Positions 40,694 through 51,250 of a stretch of DNA of 64,000 nucleotides are shown piece after piece. The position numbers were made by a program, and so were the translations under genes. Under the pieces are notes generated by a model. The model saw nothing but the letters and a program-made list of their open reading frames with translations, ran no database searches and had not been told where the DNA came from. Source of the stretch: Nitrosopumilus sp. (GTDB lineage: Archaea > Thermoproteota > Nitrososphaeria > Nitrososphaerales > Nitrosopumilaceae); the NCBI GenBank assembly GCA_965205675.1, contig OZ242186.1:832001-896000 (forward strand). The letters are read 5' to 3'. Positions within the stretch are counted from its first letter, which is position 1; each line of letters begins with the position of its first letter.

Positions 40694-40978
40694 TTCTCAT
40701 TATCTTTTTCTTGTGTTATTATAATTTAGTTCTTAACTCATGATTAGTCTTAGTTCTACCTGCTTTCTAATACATCAGAAAACACTACTATGAATAATAT
40801 GTCTTAATAATGACTTTGGAATAGTTAAGCTTGTTGTAAATTGCGCTTTTTTTCAATATGGAATTATTTTGATATGTTGTGAAATGATTCCTACAAAGAT
40901 CAAAGCATTACCAAACAAAGAAATATTCTAGGTGATTGTAAATCTATTAGATGAATGCAAGGAATTGTTATTCCAGTC

Positions 40979-41203
40979 TTAAACGTCAGAGTGTTCTTTA
41001 ACTGTTGGTTCATTTTTACTAATCAAATATAGTAATACTCCTGCCAAGCTTACTCCCATTCCACTGATGCCTACAAATGTGCCTATATTTTTGATCAGTC
41101 TTAACATCTCTTTTGATTCCCCTAATTCTATTGAATAAAACATTATGAGTCCTGCTATAAACATGCCAATTCCTGTAACTGCTATCCCTATTGACATCTT
41201 CAT
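40979..41203 (-). CDS. Small two-TM membrane protein
   Basis: Two hydrophobic segments. Confidence 0.7.
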   Translation of the reverse strand: MKMSIGIAVTGIGMFIAGLIMFYSIELGESKEMLRLIKNIGTFVGISGMGVSLAGVLLYLISKNEPTVKEHSDV

Positions 41204-41292
41204 ATTACAAGTATTTTTATCTAATTAATAAACAACAACGAAATATGTGTTCTGATAAATAATGTCCCATTTTAATTAATTCCAGGTCTGAG

Positions 41293-41407
41293 ATTGTAAA
41301 TGATTTACTTGTTTTTTCATCTATTGTATTTTTACTTGTAATCCCATTATCCGTTGAGATTTTTGCTCAAACAAGTTACGGTGTAAATACTCCTACAGAA
41401 TATGCTA
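41293..41407 (+). pseudogene. 5' remnant of a secreted-protein gene cut by IS630-A
   Basis: Frame reads LLVFSSIVFLLVIPLSVEIFAQTSYGVNTPT (signal peptide plus mature start), no start codon, ends at the IS. Confidence 0.4.
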
Positions 41408-42482
41408 TAGCGACGATCAAAAGTTCATGAACATCTTTGTAGGATTTCTAAAGGTGTAATTTGCAATATCCAGTTTGAATCTTGTCGTTCTAAAATATTT
41501 TGACACTGCATCATTCATCATCGTAAACATTGCATAATATTCTGAAACCAACAACGCATACTTGCTTATCTTCCAGCATTGTTCTATCATGTTCAAGTAC
41601 GGTGATCCTTTTGGCAGCCATATTAGTTTGACATCAGGATTATTTGCAAGATATTCTTTTACTTTTTTTGATTTGTGAACTGATGCTCGGTCTAGCATAA
41701 TTGCAATCTTGCCGTATTTCCAGTGTAACTCTTTTAGATATTCTACAAATCTTCCAACATTGAATCTATCATAGACTCTAAACAACTGACTGTTATTTTC
41801 CGTAATTGTTCCATATACTGCCAAGCTTTCATGATTGCCTGTGTATGGAAGAAATATTCTCTTGGCAACTGATGACTGGGTATTTTTTTCCTGTTTTTGT
41901 ATTCCTTAGAAAAAATGCCTCATCAGCCATTGCAATGATAAATCCGTTCTTTTTTAGGCGTAAAATTCTCTTTCTGATGCGTTGCTGCCAGCTTCGCACA
42001 GCAGATACACTTGCATGGTTGATGTGATATTTTTGTGCAGTTTTTGCAGATATCATACTGTGCATTATCTTTCGGATGTGAGTGATATGAAATTTTACTC
42101 TAGTGGAATGAAAGATACTTTGCTGTAGCATCACAGATGTGAACAAAGTTAGCATTGCCTTTGAGATGATACAGTTCATTCTGGTCTGGGAGATTGTTCT
42201 TGGTCTTCCACTCCTTGGATGGTCGTAGAGGCCATCGATTTCAAAACGATTCACTCATTTTCGTACCCAGATTGTGCAGCGGTGCAATGTCTTTGCAGTG
42301 TGTTCTATTTCCTTACCATCTTTTAGAATCATCAATACTGCCAAGCATTCTTACTGCAACTTTTGAATTTTTTGTAATGCTGCTTTCAAGGGATTCTAAC
42401 TTCCATGTATTTTGTTGTGTTGACTGATCAAAAGGTTTTTTGTTTTGGAATTATTTAGTTCACGAACTTTGTCTTTTCGCTA
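41408..42482 (-). mobile_element. IS630-family element type A, decayed copy
   Basis: TA-flanked ends TAGCGA.../...TCGCTA; split ORFs 41829-42254 and 41417-41824 (DEAFF, DRASVH, SPYLNMIE). Confidence 0.9.
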
Positions 42483-42627
42483 TACCATTTATTTTAAAAA
42501 AAATGTAAAAAGATAGAATCTTAAATTAAAATAAAAAATTAAAAGCTGAGAAAAACAATCAAAATCAAAAAAACAAATTGTTCAAAAAAACAAAATTAAA
42601 ACTTTCAAAAAACCCGCTAAAAAATGA

Positions 42628-43245
42628 TTATCTTATTTTTATTGTGATCTCCTCTCCGTTACCTATTGGAGACGTTATTGTTACAAGATTAAGATTTGTT
42701 TTTAGATTTTCTGAAAATTTCTTCATTTTTGTCCTGTATTTTTCTGGATATAACATATTGTCTGTAATTATCACTCCTTTTATTGTAACCATTGGAAAAA
42801 TTAAATCAAAATATTCTTTGATGTTTTCTTTGTCTGCATCAATTAAAACAAAATCAAAATAATTTTGATACTTTTCTTGTTTGTTTAGTTCTTTTAGAAT
42901 TTCTAATGCTTGTCCTTCTCTGATTGTGACTGTATTTGCAATACCTGCTTTCTGAAAATTTTCTCTTGCCCTTTTGGTTTTTTTCGAGTTTTGCTCTATT
43001 GTGATTATCTTTCCTGCGTTATCTGAAATTGCATCTGCACACCAAATTGTTGAATATCCTACTGATGTACCAATCTCAAGCATGTTTTTAGTATTATTTA
43101 GGCGCAAGAGAATGTTTAACATCTCTCCTGTCTCTTTTGTGATTGCAAGCATTCTATCTACTGGCATAACGTCTATTTTTCTTGTTTTTTCAAGCGTAGA
43201 CTGTGTTTCTAATTCATTTAGAATCTCTTGAACCCTCTCTTTCAT
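42628..43245 (-). CDS. O-methyltransferase family 3 (SAM-dependent)
   Basis: LEIGTSVGYS, FDFVLIDADK, ITDN. Confidence 0.88.
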   Translation of the reverse strand: MKERVQEILNELETQSTLEKTRKIDVMPVDRMLAITKETGEMLNILLRLNNTKNMLEIGTSVGYSTIWCADAISDNAGKIITIEQNSKKTKRARENFQKAGIANTVTIREGQALEILKELNKQEKYQNYFDFVLIDADKENIKEYFDLIFPMVTIKGVIITDNMLYPEKYRTKMKKFSENLKTNLNLVTITSPIGNGEEITIKIR

Positions 43246-43347
43246 CTGATCGGAGGTGATCTTGAATTAATTTAACTCTGTCTTACCACATGATCTTTAT
43301 AAAAAAAATTTGATAGCTTATATTTGCCAAATATTTTTTTAAAATAG

Positions 43348-43722
43348 ATGGCTACAAAAATAGATTTACTTGATATTGTTCAAAAAATTCTCAAATTAGA
43401 CAATAAAATGAGATTTGCTGCAATCATTGATCCTAAAGGCAACATTCGTGAAGCCATTATGAAAACCGGCAAAACTAACTTGAAAAATCAAAAAGAAGAA
43501 GAACATTTCTGTAAACAAGTAGCTCAAAGACGTTCTATGAGAAAAGAATTTGATAGATCCTTAGGAAAAGTACGATATGTTCATGTAGAAAGAGAAAAGG
43601 TTTCTCAAATGGTAATTTACACAAAAAAAAATATTGTATATTTTACAATGGAGCCTGAAATGCCAATTAACACTAAAATCAGATTAATTACAAAAATCAA
43701 AAAAATCACTACTAGTCTTTAG
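43348..43722 (+). CDS. Roadblock/profilin-like small protein of a thaumarchaeal paralog family
   Basis: MRFAAIIDPKG...FDRSLGKVRY...REKV pattern. Confidence 0.65.
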   Translation: MATKIDLLDIVQKILKLDNKMRFAAIIDPKGNIREAIMKTGKTNLKNQKEEEHFCKQVAQRRSMRKEFDRSLGKVRYVHVEREKVSQMVIYTKKNIVYFTMEPEMPINTKIRLITKIKKITTSL

Positions 43723-43752
43723 ACTTTTTTTAATAGCCCTTTATTTTAGATA

Positions 43753-44109
43753 TTGATGGTATTTCAAAAATATCTCGGCGATTCTAAAATGTTTGAATAT
43801 GATAAATATTATCATGATTGTCAACAACAAAACAAACCCTTCATCAAAGCAAAAACAAATCCCCTTCATGGGAATTATTATGTCCAGTTGGATTTGATGA
43901 CGTGTGATTTTGAATTATCTGATAAAATACAAAAACAAATCTATGAATTACTCCTGTCTGAAATTCAATACGTTAATGATACTTTGAAATATTCTTTTGA
44001 ATGTTTCAGTATTGATAAGGAATTATCTTGGTTTGATGGCATTTCCTCTGAACATGTTGATAGTTTTTGTAATTCATTGTATGATATATGTACTGCAAAT
44101 CATGATTAG
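43753..44109 (+). CDS. Hypothetical protein
   Basis: 118-aa ORF (likely start MFEYD). Confidence 0.7.
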   Translation: MMVFQKYLGDSKMFEYDKYYHDCQQQNKPFIKAKTNPLHGNYYVQLDLMTCDFELSDKIQKQIYELLLSEIQYVNDTLKYSFECFSIDKELSWFDGISSEHVDSFCNSLYDICTANHD

Positions 44110-44312
44110 AATCGTATGAGATTTTTTAAAATTTTATCAATTACTTGAACCTCTTCTTTTCTTTCTTTAATTGTAGTTTGATTCCATTGCTTTGCAAATT
44201 CTGAGTGTCTGTCCATTTTTTCCAACATTTCAATATACTTTAGAAGGTGAATTTTGTAATCCTGAAGCAAGTCTAGGTGTTTGTTGTGGTTCTTTTCAGT
44301 TGATGTGGCCAT
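44106..44312 (-). CDS. Hypothetical protein
   Basis: 68-aa helical ORF overlapping its upstream partner. Confidence 0.65.
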   Translation of the reverse strand: MATSTEKNHNKHLDLLQDYKIHLLKYIEMLEKMDRHSEFAKQWNQTTIKERKEEVQVIDKILKNLIRF

Positions 44313-44529
44313 TCCATTCCGCTTCTGTTATGTCTGGAAACATATCTCGTATCCTTTTTTTGTCTTTCTCCATTGCATCTATTCTGTTATCCAGATGACT
44401 TTTGATTGCATGTTCTCCCTCCTTCTCCCTTTCTTTTTGAATTTCTGATATTGTATTGTCAAGGGATCTATAATATGAAATATGATTTTTTTTAGATTCT
44501 TCTGACGTGTCTTCTTCTTTTACATCCAA
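44296..44529 (-). CDS. Hypothetical protein
   Basis: 77-aa charged helical ORF. Confidence 0.65.
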   Translation of the reverse strand: MDVKEEDTSEESKKNHISYYRSLDNTISEIQKEREKEGEHAIKSHLDNRIDAMEKDKKRIRDMFPDITEAEWNGHIN

Positions 44530-44613
44530 TATCTTCTATAGTATTTTGGAAAATAAGTACTTGATCATCTCATCTGTTTACACTAATATTACAATTACTA
44601 TATGTGATAATGT

Positions 44614-44886
44614 ATGAAAATTCTCATTGATGAAATGGATGATGGTTGGGATGATAAACTCAAAGAGTTGGGCTATGATGCTTATAGTGTAAAGAAATTA
44701 CGTACAGATGGCCACAAATTACGAACAGACTATTCTGTAATTAACTATGCCAAAGAAAACAATATGGTGCTAGTTACTCGTGATACTGAAAGTGGTCAAG
44801 CCTGTGAAGAAAATGGTTTGCCATACATTCTATTAGATAACAATGAAATTTTCAAGATTGTTGTAGAAAAATTAAAAAATTCTTAA
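44614..44886 (+). CDS. DUF5615/Mut7-C PIN-like protein
   Basis: MKILIDEM...D..VINYAKENNMVLVTRD. Confidence 0.78.
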   Translation: MKILIDEMDDGWDDKLKELGYDAYSVKKLRTDGHKLRTDYSVINYAKENNMVLVTRDTESGQACEENGLPYILLDNNEIFKIVVEKLKNS

Positions 44887-45449
44887 TTCACATTCTTTGC
44901 ATCCGTGTGCAAAATTCTTAAATTTGCAAGTATTTCGTTGAGAAAATCCTCTTCTGGTTGATGTGAAATGCTATTCATTATTGATTCCCAACAATCATTT
45001 ATCTTTCTAATAATTTGAGAATACATTTTATCTTTTTTAAAACTTGGATAGTATGACAATAATTTCATTATTCCATCCGTTGATTGAACTATGTGTATTT
45101 GATGAATAATTGATCTTAATCTTTCATGATATGAAAAATTCCCTGTTTTTACTGTAATCTCAAAATTCATAATTTCTTCAAAAATAATCTCAATTTCCTT
45201 GTGTAGATTTTTGAGTTGATTGTTTACTGATTCTGAAAGGCTGATCAATTCGTATTCAATATGTGATCTACTGTGTACTCTTTTTTCAATATCCCCTGAT
45301 TCTACAAGTGCACTAATTTCCCTGTATACTATTTTCTCATTGCCTACTTTTTCTATTGCTCTTTTTGCCAATTCCGTACCTCTTATTCTTCCATTCTCAT
45401 TTAGTATCCTGATAATTTCGGTTTTGATGATTTCTGAATTTTTATCCAT
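44883..45449 (-). CDS. Hypothetical protein with N-terminal winged-HTH
   Basis: IIRILNENGRIRGTEL...VYREISALVESGDIEK. Confidence 0.7.
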   Translation of the reverse strand: MDKNSEIIKTEIIRILNENGRIRGTELAKRAIEKVGNEKIVYREISALVESGDIEKRVHSRSHIEYELISLSESVNNQLKNLHKEIEIIFEEIMNFEITVKTGNFSYHERLRSIIHQIHIVQSTDGIMKLLSYYPSFKKDKMYSQIIRKINDCWESIMNSISHQPEEDFLNEILANLRILHTDAKNVN

Positions 45450-45465
45450 GATTTTTCTCTAAAAT

Positions 45466-45699
45466 TTATTTTTGATATTTCTCTATTGTTGCTTTTTCTC
45501 CGTTATTATTGATTTCTAAAATTAGTTCTTCTAATATCTTGATTCCTTTTTTAATTGGTCCTTTTTCTAAATTTTTGTACTCTAGTTTTTGTTTAAGGAC
45601 CATCTTCTCATTGTTTACAAAGCTCAAAAGTGGAACATTTTCCCCCATGTTTAAATTTATGAAAAAATCAATGTATTCTTTAGTTGATTTTATTGCCAT
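45466..45699 (-). CDS. Hypothetical protein
   Basis: 77-aa ATG ORF co-oriented with the wHTH gene. Confidence 0.68.
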   Translation of the reverse strand: MAIKSTKEYIDFFINLNMGENVPLLSFVNNEKMVLKQKLEYKNLEKGPIKKGIKILEELILEINNNGEKATIEKYQK

Positions 45700-45805
45700 G
45701 ATTTACAATAATTATTCTCGTATTTGTTAAGTTATTCATACTAGGTTATTTACGATTTTGATTGTACCTGATTATAGATAGTTGTGATATGCATATCGGT
45801 ACGTA

Positions 45806-46568
45806 TACCTCGGAGCATAATTCTTTGCAATTTTTCAAAACAAATAGCAATACTTTTTGATCAGTAGTTGGAAATAATTCCATGGACATCACAAATGACG
45901 AGTTACTCCAGGCCTACAAAAAAGAAAAGTACGGTAAGAAAAAGGAAAGACTGCATGCAATGTGTATAATTAAGATCAACGAATCCACAATTGCTGAAAC
46001 TGCCAACCAAATGTTTTGTACCTACAATTCTGTAAGGAATTAGATAGATTCATTTGAAAGATATGGATTGGAGGGTCTGGAGGACCCCCCCTCGTTCTGG
46101 CCGTCCACCATTAATCTCACACAAAAAATTACAAAAAATAGAGCGTACATTTAAGAAAATTTCAGATGGAATGACTCCAAAAAAAAACTGATACAATTCA
46201 TATTTTACAGAACACGCATTACATATCATATCACTCATGTGCGTCGTTTGATGCACAAATGGAATCTAAAACCAAAGGTTCCACAAAAGGTACATGTGCG
46301 AGCGGCATCCAAGGATGTGTGCCGCAAGTGGAAAAACCGCATCATTTCACGCATAGAAAAGGCAAAAAAGAAAGGTTTTACAGTATTTATCCAAGACGAG
46401 TCTGTATTTGTAGACGATGTACGTCTTGGTAAAAAATACTGGACAGATGCACATCAACGAATGATTGTACGTTGGAGAGGATCGCATCAAAGATTTTTGG
46501 TTTATGGAAATGATGATAATCAAAGTTTTTTTAGATCGTATGAAAAATTTAATTCAATTGCATTTATA
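45806..46568 (+). mobile_element. IS630-family type B, truncated by IS5-a insertion
   Basis: TA|TACCTCGGAGCATAA left end as at 51745; homology stops at TTTATA 46568. Confidence 0.9.
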
Positions 46569-47548
46569 AGACATCTTGCGTAATTACAAACAAAATCTTA
46601 TCTTTCATTGAATTTAATTTCAAATAATTTCTAATCTTATGGAATCACAACAAACTCTTGCTTCCATCTTGTCTTGAAATTCACAATTCCACATACGATG
46701 TCACTTATTGCATCATACCTGCACAATCTGTTCCTAAATGTCTCAGAATTAATCCTAAACTTTTTGATTTGAGAGATAATATGTTCTACTTTTATTCGGA
46801 TTCTTGACTGTATCTTGTTCCATTCCTTTTGATGTATGGTCAGTTTTTTTCCTTTCTTTTTCTTGTATGGTAGAATGCTTGTCTGTTCTGGAAAATCTTT
46901 TTCCACTCCCAAATACCCAAGGTCATAAAATATCATCACATCTTCGTGTAGTGCAGGATACTTTATTTTCAGTATGGCATAATCATGTTTTTTACCTGGA
47001 GAATGTGGGGGTTTGTGGATTATCTCACCTTTCTGGTTTACGGTGTTTGGTTTTTTATTGTGTGTTTTTTTGCCTGAATAGTGAGTCTTTCTTTTCTTTT
47101 TGTTCTGGGGTCTTGGGATTTGCTGCTCTGTCCCATCAGTCATTGCAATTAATTCAGGAAAGAACAGTTGGAGTTGCTGTACATCATTTATTTTTTTAGA
47201 ATCAGAGTATAGTTTTGCAGGAATAGGAACTGTTTTTCTTACTGCCGGCTCTAAATCTGATGTTTCTGTAGACGTTGCTCTGGTCTAATCCAAACAGATA
47301 TCCTGTCAATTCACATGTCAGGTACATCCGATAGTAAACAAACAACATTACAAGCTGGTCTTCAAGACTCAAATCAAACTTTCGCCCAGCTCCGATACTT
47401 CTTTTTCTCTTTGCTTTGGATAGTCTCTTCTTTTCTTCTATACGGTGATTCTTTCTGACATCCTTTAGAATCACATCAAACTGTTGCCTGGTCACTCCAG
47501 TAAAAGAGAGAAGTGATTTTGGCTTTTTTGAGAGTTGCTTGTATGTTA
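46569..47548 (-). mobile_element. IS5-a copy, left end removed at the IS630-A junction
   Basis: Right TIR AGACATCTTGCGTAATTA; ORFs 47202-47561 and 46637-47143 (TDGTEQ, YDLGYLG, RIKVEH). Confidence 0.9.
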
Positions 47549-48640
47549 TAGCGACGATCAAAAGTTCGCAAACATTTTTGCAGGATTTCTAAAGATATAA
47601 TTTGCAACATCAAGCTTGAATCTTGTCCTTCTAAAATATTTTGACACTGCATCATTCATCATCGTAAACATTGCATAATATTCTGAAACCAACAACGCAT
47701 ACTTGCTTATCTTCCAGCATTGTTCTATCATGTTCAAGTACGGTGATCCTTTTGGCAGCCATATTAGTTTGACATCTCTATTGTTTGCAAGGTATTCCTT
47801 GACCTTCTTTGATTTGTGAACTGATGCTCTATCCAGCATGATTGCAATCTTGCCATATTTCCAGTGTAACTCTTTTAGATATTCTACAAATGTTACAGCA
47901 TTGAATTTATCATGTACTCTAAACAGTTGACTGTTATTTTCCGTAATTGTTCCATATACTGCCAAACTTTCATGATTCCCCGTATATGGAAGAAATATTC
48001 TCTTTGCAACTTTTGACCAGTATTTTTTTCCTATTTTTGTATCCCTTACAAAAAATGCCTCATCAGTCATTGCAATGATAAATCCATTCTTTTTTAGGTG
48101 TGAAATTCTCTTTCTGATGCGTTGCTGCCAGCTTTTCACAGCAGATACGCTTGCATGATTGATATGATATTTTTGTGCAGTTTTTGCAGACATGCCATAC
48201 TGGTGCATTACCTTTCTGATGTAAGTGATGTGAAATTTTACTCCAGTGGAATAAAAGATACTTTGCTGTAGCATCACAGGTGTAAACAAAGTTAGCATTA
48301 CTTTTGACATAATAGCATCTATTCGAGTCTGGGAGATTGTTCTTGGTCTTCCACTCCTTGGGTGGTCGTAGAGGCCATCAAGGCCATCTACCTCAAAACG
48401 ACTCACCCATTTTCGTACCCAGTTTGTGCAGCGATGCAATGTCTTTGCAGTGTGTTCTATTTCCTTACCATCTTTTAGAATCATCAAAGACTGCCAAGCA
48501 TTCTTACTGCAACTTTTGAATTTTCTTTTTTGTATGCTGCTTCAAGGGATTCTAACTTGTTCATGTATTTTGTTGGGTTAACTGATCAAAAAGTTTTTTG
48601 TTTTGGAATTATTTAGTTCACGAACTTTGTCTTTTCTCTA
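47549..48640 (-). mobile_element. IS630-family type A, near-intact copy
   Basis: Same ends as 41408-42482; 309-aa ORF; left flank is IS5-a and right flank is ISH3. Confidence 0.92.
47558..48487 (-). CDS. IS630 transposase (extreme N-terminus frameshifted)
   Basis: HTH PRSGRP; DEAFF, LDRASVH, SPYLNMIEQCW. Confidence 0.88.
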   Translation of the reverse strand: MMILKDGKEIEHTAKTLHRCTNWVRKWVSRFEVDGLDGLYDHPRSGRPRTISQTRIDAIMSKVMLTLFTPVMLQQSIFYSTGVKFHITYIRKVMHQYGMSAKTAQKYHINHASVSAVKSWQQRIRKRISHLKKNGFIIAMTDEAFFVRDTKIGKKYWSKVAKRIFLPYTGNHESLAVYGTITENNSQLFRVHDKFNAVTFVEYLKELHWKYGKIAIMLDRASVHKSKKVKEYLANNRDVKLIWLPKGSPYLNMIEQCWKISKYALLVSEYYAMFTMMNDAVSKYFRRTRFKLDVANYIFRNPAKMFANF

Positions 48641-49191
48641 TAGTACTGTTTTTTGATTTTGATTTTATTAAAGAATGGTTTGGCAATTTGTCATATCTTG
48701 GGATTAGATGTTTGTCAATTGCTACAGTAACTGGTTGTTCCAATACTCCCAGTTCTCGTAATTTTGATACTGTACTATCTAGTGACTGATGTAATTGAAT
48801 TTGCATTGTTTTTTGTGATATTTTTGATATGATTTTTCTCAACCATGAACCAGTTGGAGAAGCATTATCTGATTCCATTGCCAGTCTCTTTAATCCAGAT
48901 TCAGAATATGAATTTCCCAAACACAATGACATGATAGAATTATGTGCATCTGCATTGTGGAACCGTGAGTTATTTTTACTAGAGCATGGAAACAACAAGA
49001 TATTGTACATTATTTTAGTGATAATCTCAAATGCTTTAGATAGTATCACGCCTTGGTGTGTCATGGTATCAAATGAATTACAATTCACATTTGATAAAAT
49101 GACACACTATCATCAAGCTTTTTCTATCTGAATAGATTGATTGAATAATTGATAGTTTTTGATCTAAATTGAGTTACTTTCCCATCTACTG
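48641..49191 (-). mobile_element. ISH3-family element, 5' fragment
   Basis: TIR TTGAGTTACTTTCCCATCTACTG ending 49191; matches the first ~550 bp of 57718-59037. Confidence 0.9.
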
Positions 49192-49266
49192 ATTATATTG
49201 ATTGTTTTTTCCAATAATTACTCAAAAATAGTTGGTGGTAATAGGTTTACAATCACCAAACTATAT

Positions 49267-49326
49267 TTTATTGCCCCACATTCGCATAGGATCACTACGT
49301 GATCCTATGCAAACGTAGCCAATAAA
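49267..49326. promoter_or_regulatory. Inverted repeat upstream of abiEi (putative autorepression operator)
   Basis: Perfect core GCATAGGATCAC-TAC-GTGATCCTATGC (49284-49310) with imperfect extension to TTTATTG/CAATAAA. Confidence 0.6.
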
Positions 49327-49389
49327 CATTTTTGAGCACCAGTGTGATCGTAATGTTTTTACGTATATTCTTTGTACAATTTATAACAT

Positions 49390-50235
49390 ATGTATGACAC
49401 TGAATATACACAAAATATACGTACAGGTATATCTGGAAGAGAAGCATATCTTCTTAGCTCTCTTGCTGGCGAAGGAAAATCCACTATAACTTTACAGGAT
49501 ATCTCTAGGATATGGGGAGCTACCTATTCAAATGCCAGGGTAATTGCAAACAGATTACGTAAGAAAAAATGGCTTATCACATTGACTGCAGGAAAATATC
49601 TTATTGCGCCATTAAGTGCTGGTGTGGATTCTGAATATACTGAACATGAATTTATTATAGCATCAGAACTTGCTAAAAGCAGACCTTTTTACATTGCATA
49701 TTGGTCTGCATTAAATCATTATGGATTTACTGATCAAACTCCATTTACAGTATTTGTCGCAACAACTGCAAGAATCAAAAATTCTGTCCTTCATGATGTA
49801 AAATACAAATTTGTTACAATAAATAAAAAAAAATTTTTTGGTATCAGGAATAATTTTATTGGAAATAAAAAAATTATAATTTCTGATAAAAACAAAACAA
49901 TTGTAGATGCATTAGATCATCCTGAATATTGTGGTGGTATTGCTGAAGTTGCAAATTGTTTATGGGCTGCAAAAAATGAATTATCTTTTGAAAAAATATT
50001 TGAATATTCTCAAAAAATGCAAAATAGTACTGTAATCAAAAGACTTGGATTTTTAATAGATGTTCTTAACATAAAAATCTCACCTTCACTTTATGATGAT
50101 ATGTGTAATTCAATAAATTCTGGACGTTCATGGTTAGATCCATATTCAACAAAAAATAAAAAATCAAATTTAAAATGGAAATTATTTGTAAATATTCCAA
50201 TAAAATCTATTTTAGAGGCAAAGACAATATCATAG
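49390..50235 (+). CDS. Type IV toxin-antitoxin antitoxin, AbiEi family (COG5340-like)
   Basis: N-terminal wHTH (RLRKKKWL..GKY), YIAYWSALNHYGFTDQ, SDKNKTIVDALDHPEYCGG, KRLGFL. Confidence 0.88.
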   Translation: MYDTEYTQNIRTGISGREAYLLSSLAGEGKSTITLQDISRIWGATYSNARVIANRLRKKKWLITLTAGKYLIAPLSAGVDSEYTEHEFIIASELAKSRPFYIAYWSALNHYGFTDQTPFTVFVATTARIKNSVLHDVKYKFVTINKKKFFGIRNNFIGNKKIIISDKNKTIVDALDHPEYCGGIAEVANCLWAAKNELSFEKIFEYSQKMQNSTVIKRLGFLIDVLNIKISPSLYDDMCNSINSGRSWLDPYSTKNKKSNLKWKLFVNIPIKSILEAKTIS

Positions 50236-51054
50236 GTGATTAAAATTCTAACAAATGATCAAATTCGTGTATATGCAAAACAATTTGGAAAACCTGCAGG
50301 AGTAATTGATAAAGACTATGCTTTAGAATGGCTTTTGTTTGGAATATATCATAATGAATCTCCACTCAAAAATGTTCTAGTTTTCAAAGGGGGAACAGCA
50401 ATTCGAAAAATCTTCTTTCCTGAAACATGGAGGTTTTCTGAAGATCTTGATTTTACAATAATCTCTGAGACTGAGCCTACCGTAATTGTAAATGGGTTCA
50501 AAGATGTTTATGACATTATAGAAAATGAATCTGGAATAAAATATGAAGGTGATATCAACGTTCCACAAAGTGGATTAGCAATTTTTGGCCATGTTCATTT
50601 TACAGGTCCTATAGGACAGAAAAATAAAATCAAAATTGATGCTTCACGTGTAGAACAAATGATGGATTCCGTTACCGAGCAAACTGTTACTACTTCGTAT
50701 AGTGATCTTCAAAATTTCTCTATTGTTGGATATTCTCTTGATGAAGTGATTGCAGAAAAAATTCGTAGTTTAATGCAACGTAGTAAAGTTAGAGATTATT
50801 ATGATATTTGGAGGATGTTTGGGCAAGAAAATAATTTTGATCAAGAAAAAATTGGCAAAATGGTTGTAGAAAAATGTACTAAAAATAATATTGATTATGT
50901 TCCTGATACAATCTTTGATTCTCAACGACTAACTGGTTTAGAAGAACATTGGGAAAATGAATTAGGCAGACTGGTTATAGATGATTTGCCTGAACCTAGA
51001 GCTGTATTTACTGAAATTGAGTCAATTTTGACATTCCTTCCAACTATCAGGTAA
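50236..51054 (+). CDS. Type IV toxin, AbiEii/DUF1814 nucleotidyltransferase
   Basis: IDKDY, VFKGGTAI, RFSEDLDF, AEKIRS, RDYYDIW. Confidence 0.92.
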   Translation: MIKILTNDQIRVYAKQFGKPAGVIDKDYALEWLLFGIYHNESPLKNVLVFKGGTAIRKIFFPETWRFSEDLDFTIISETEPTVIVNGFKDVYDIIENESGIKYEGDINVPQSGLAIFGHVHFTGPIGQKNKIKIDASRVEQMMDSVTEQTVTTSYSDLQNFSIVGYSLDEVIAEKIRSLMQRSKVRDYYDIWRMFGQENNFDQEKIGKMVVEKCTKNNIDYVPDTIFDSQRLTGLEEHWENELGRLVIDDLPEPRAVFTEIESILTFLPTIR

Positions 51055-51250
51055 TTGAGACATGGGCATAACCAATTCTAATTTTTGAGTCAATTCTCAA
51101 ATTATTCAAATCAAAAAAGCTAAGGATCTTATCATGTTTTGTTCATTGGAATGATGTGGCAAATTCTAGTGATCTGTACAACAAATCATGAAATGTGAGT
51201 CTTTTTACAATTATCTTTATATTGAAATTTCTTTGTGACACGATTAGAAC

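Noticed and set aside
42485-42627. Very A-rich tract and overlapping ORF 42578-42862
   Set aside because: Low-complexity, T-rich on the minus strand after the methyltransferase stop (terminator-like); the ORF is a shadow
43250-43262. GGAGGTGATC, a Shine-Dalgarno-like match
   Set aside because: On the opposite strand to the adjacent methyltransferase start and followed only by a 2-codon frame; probably chance
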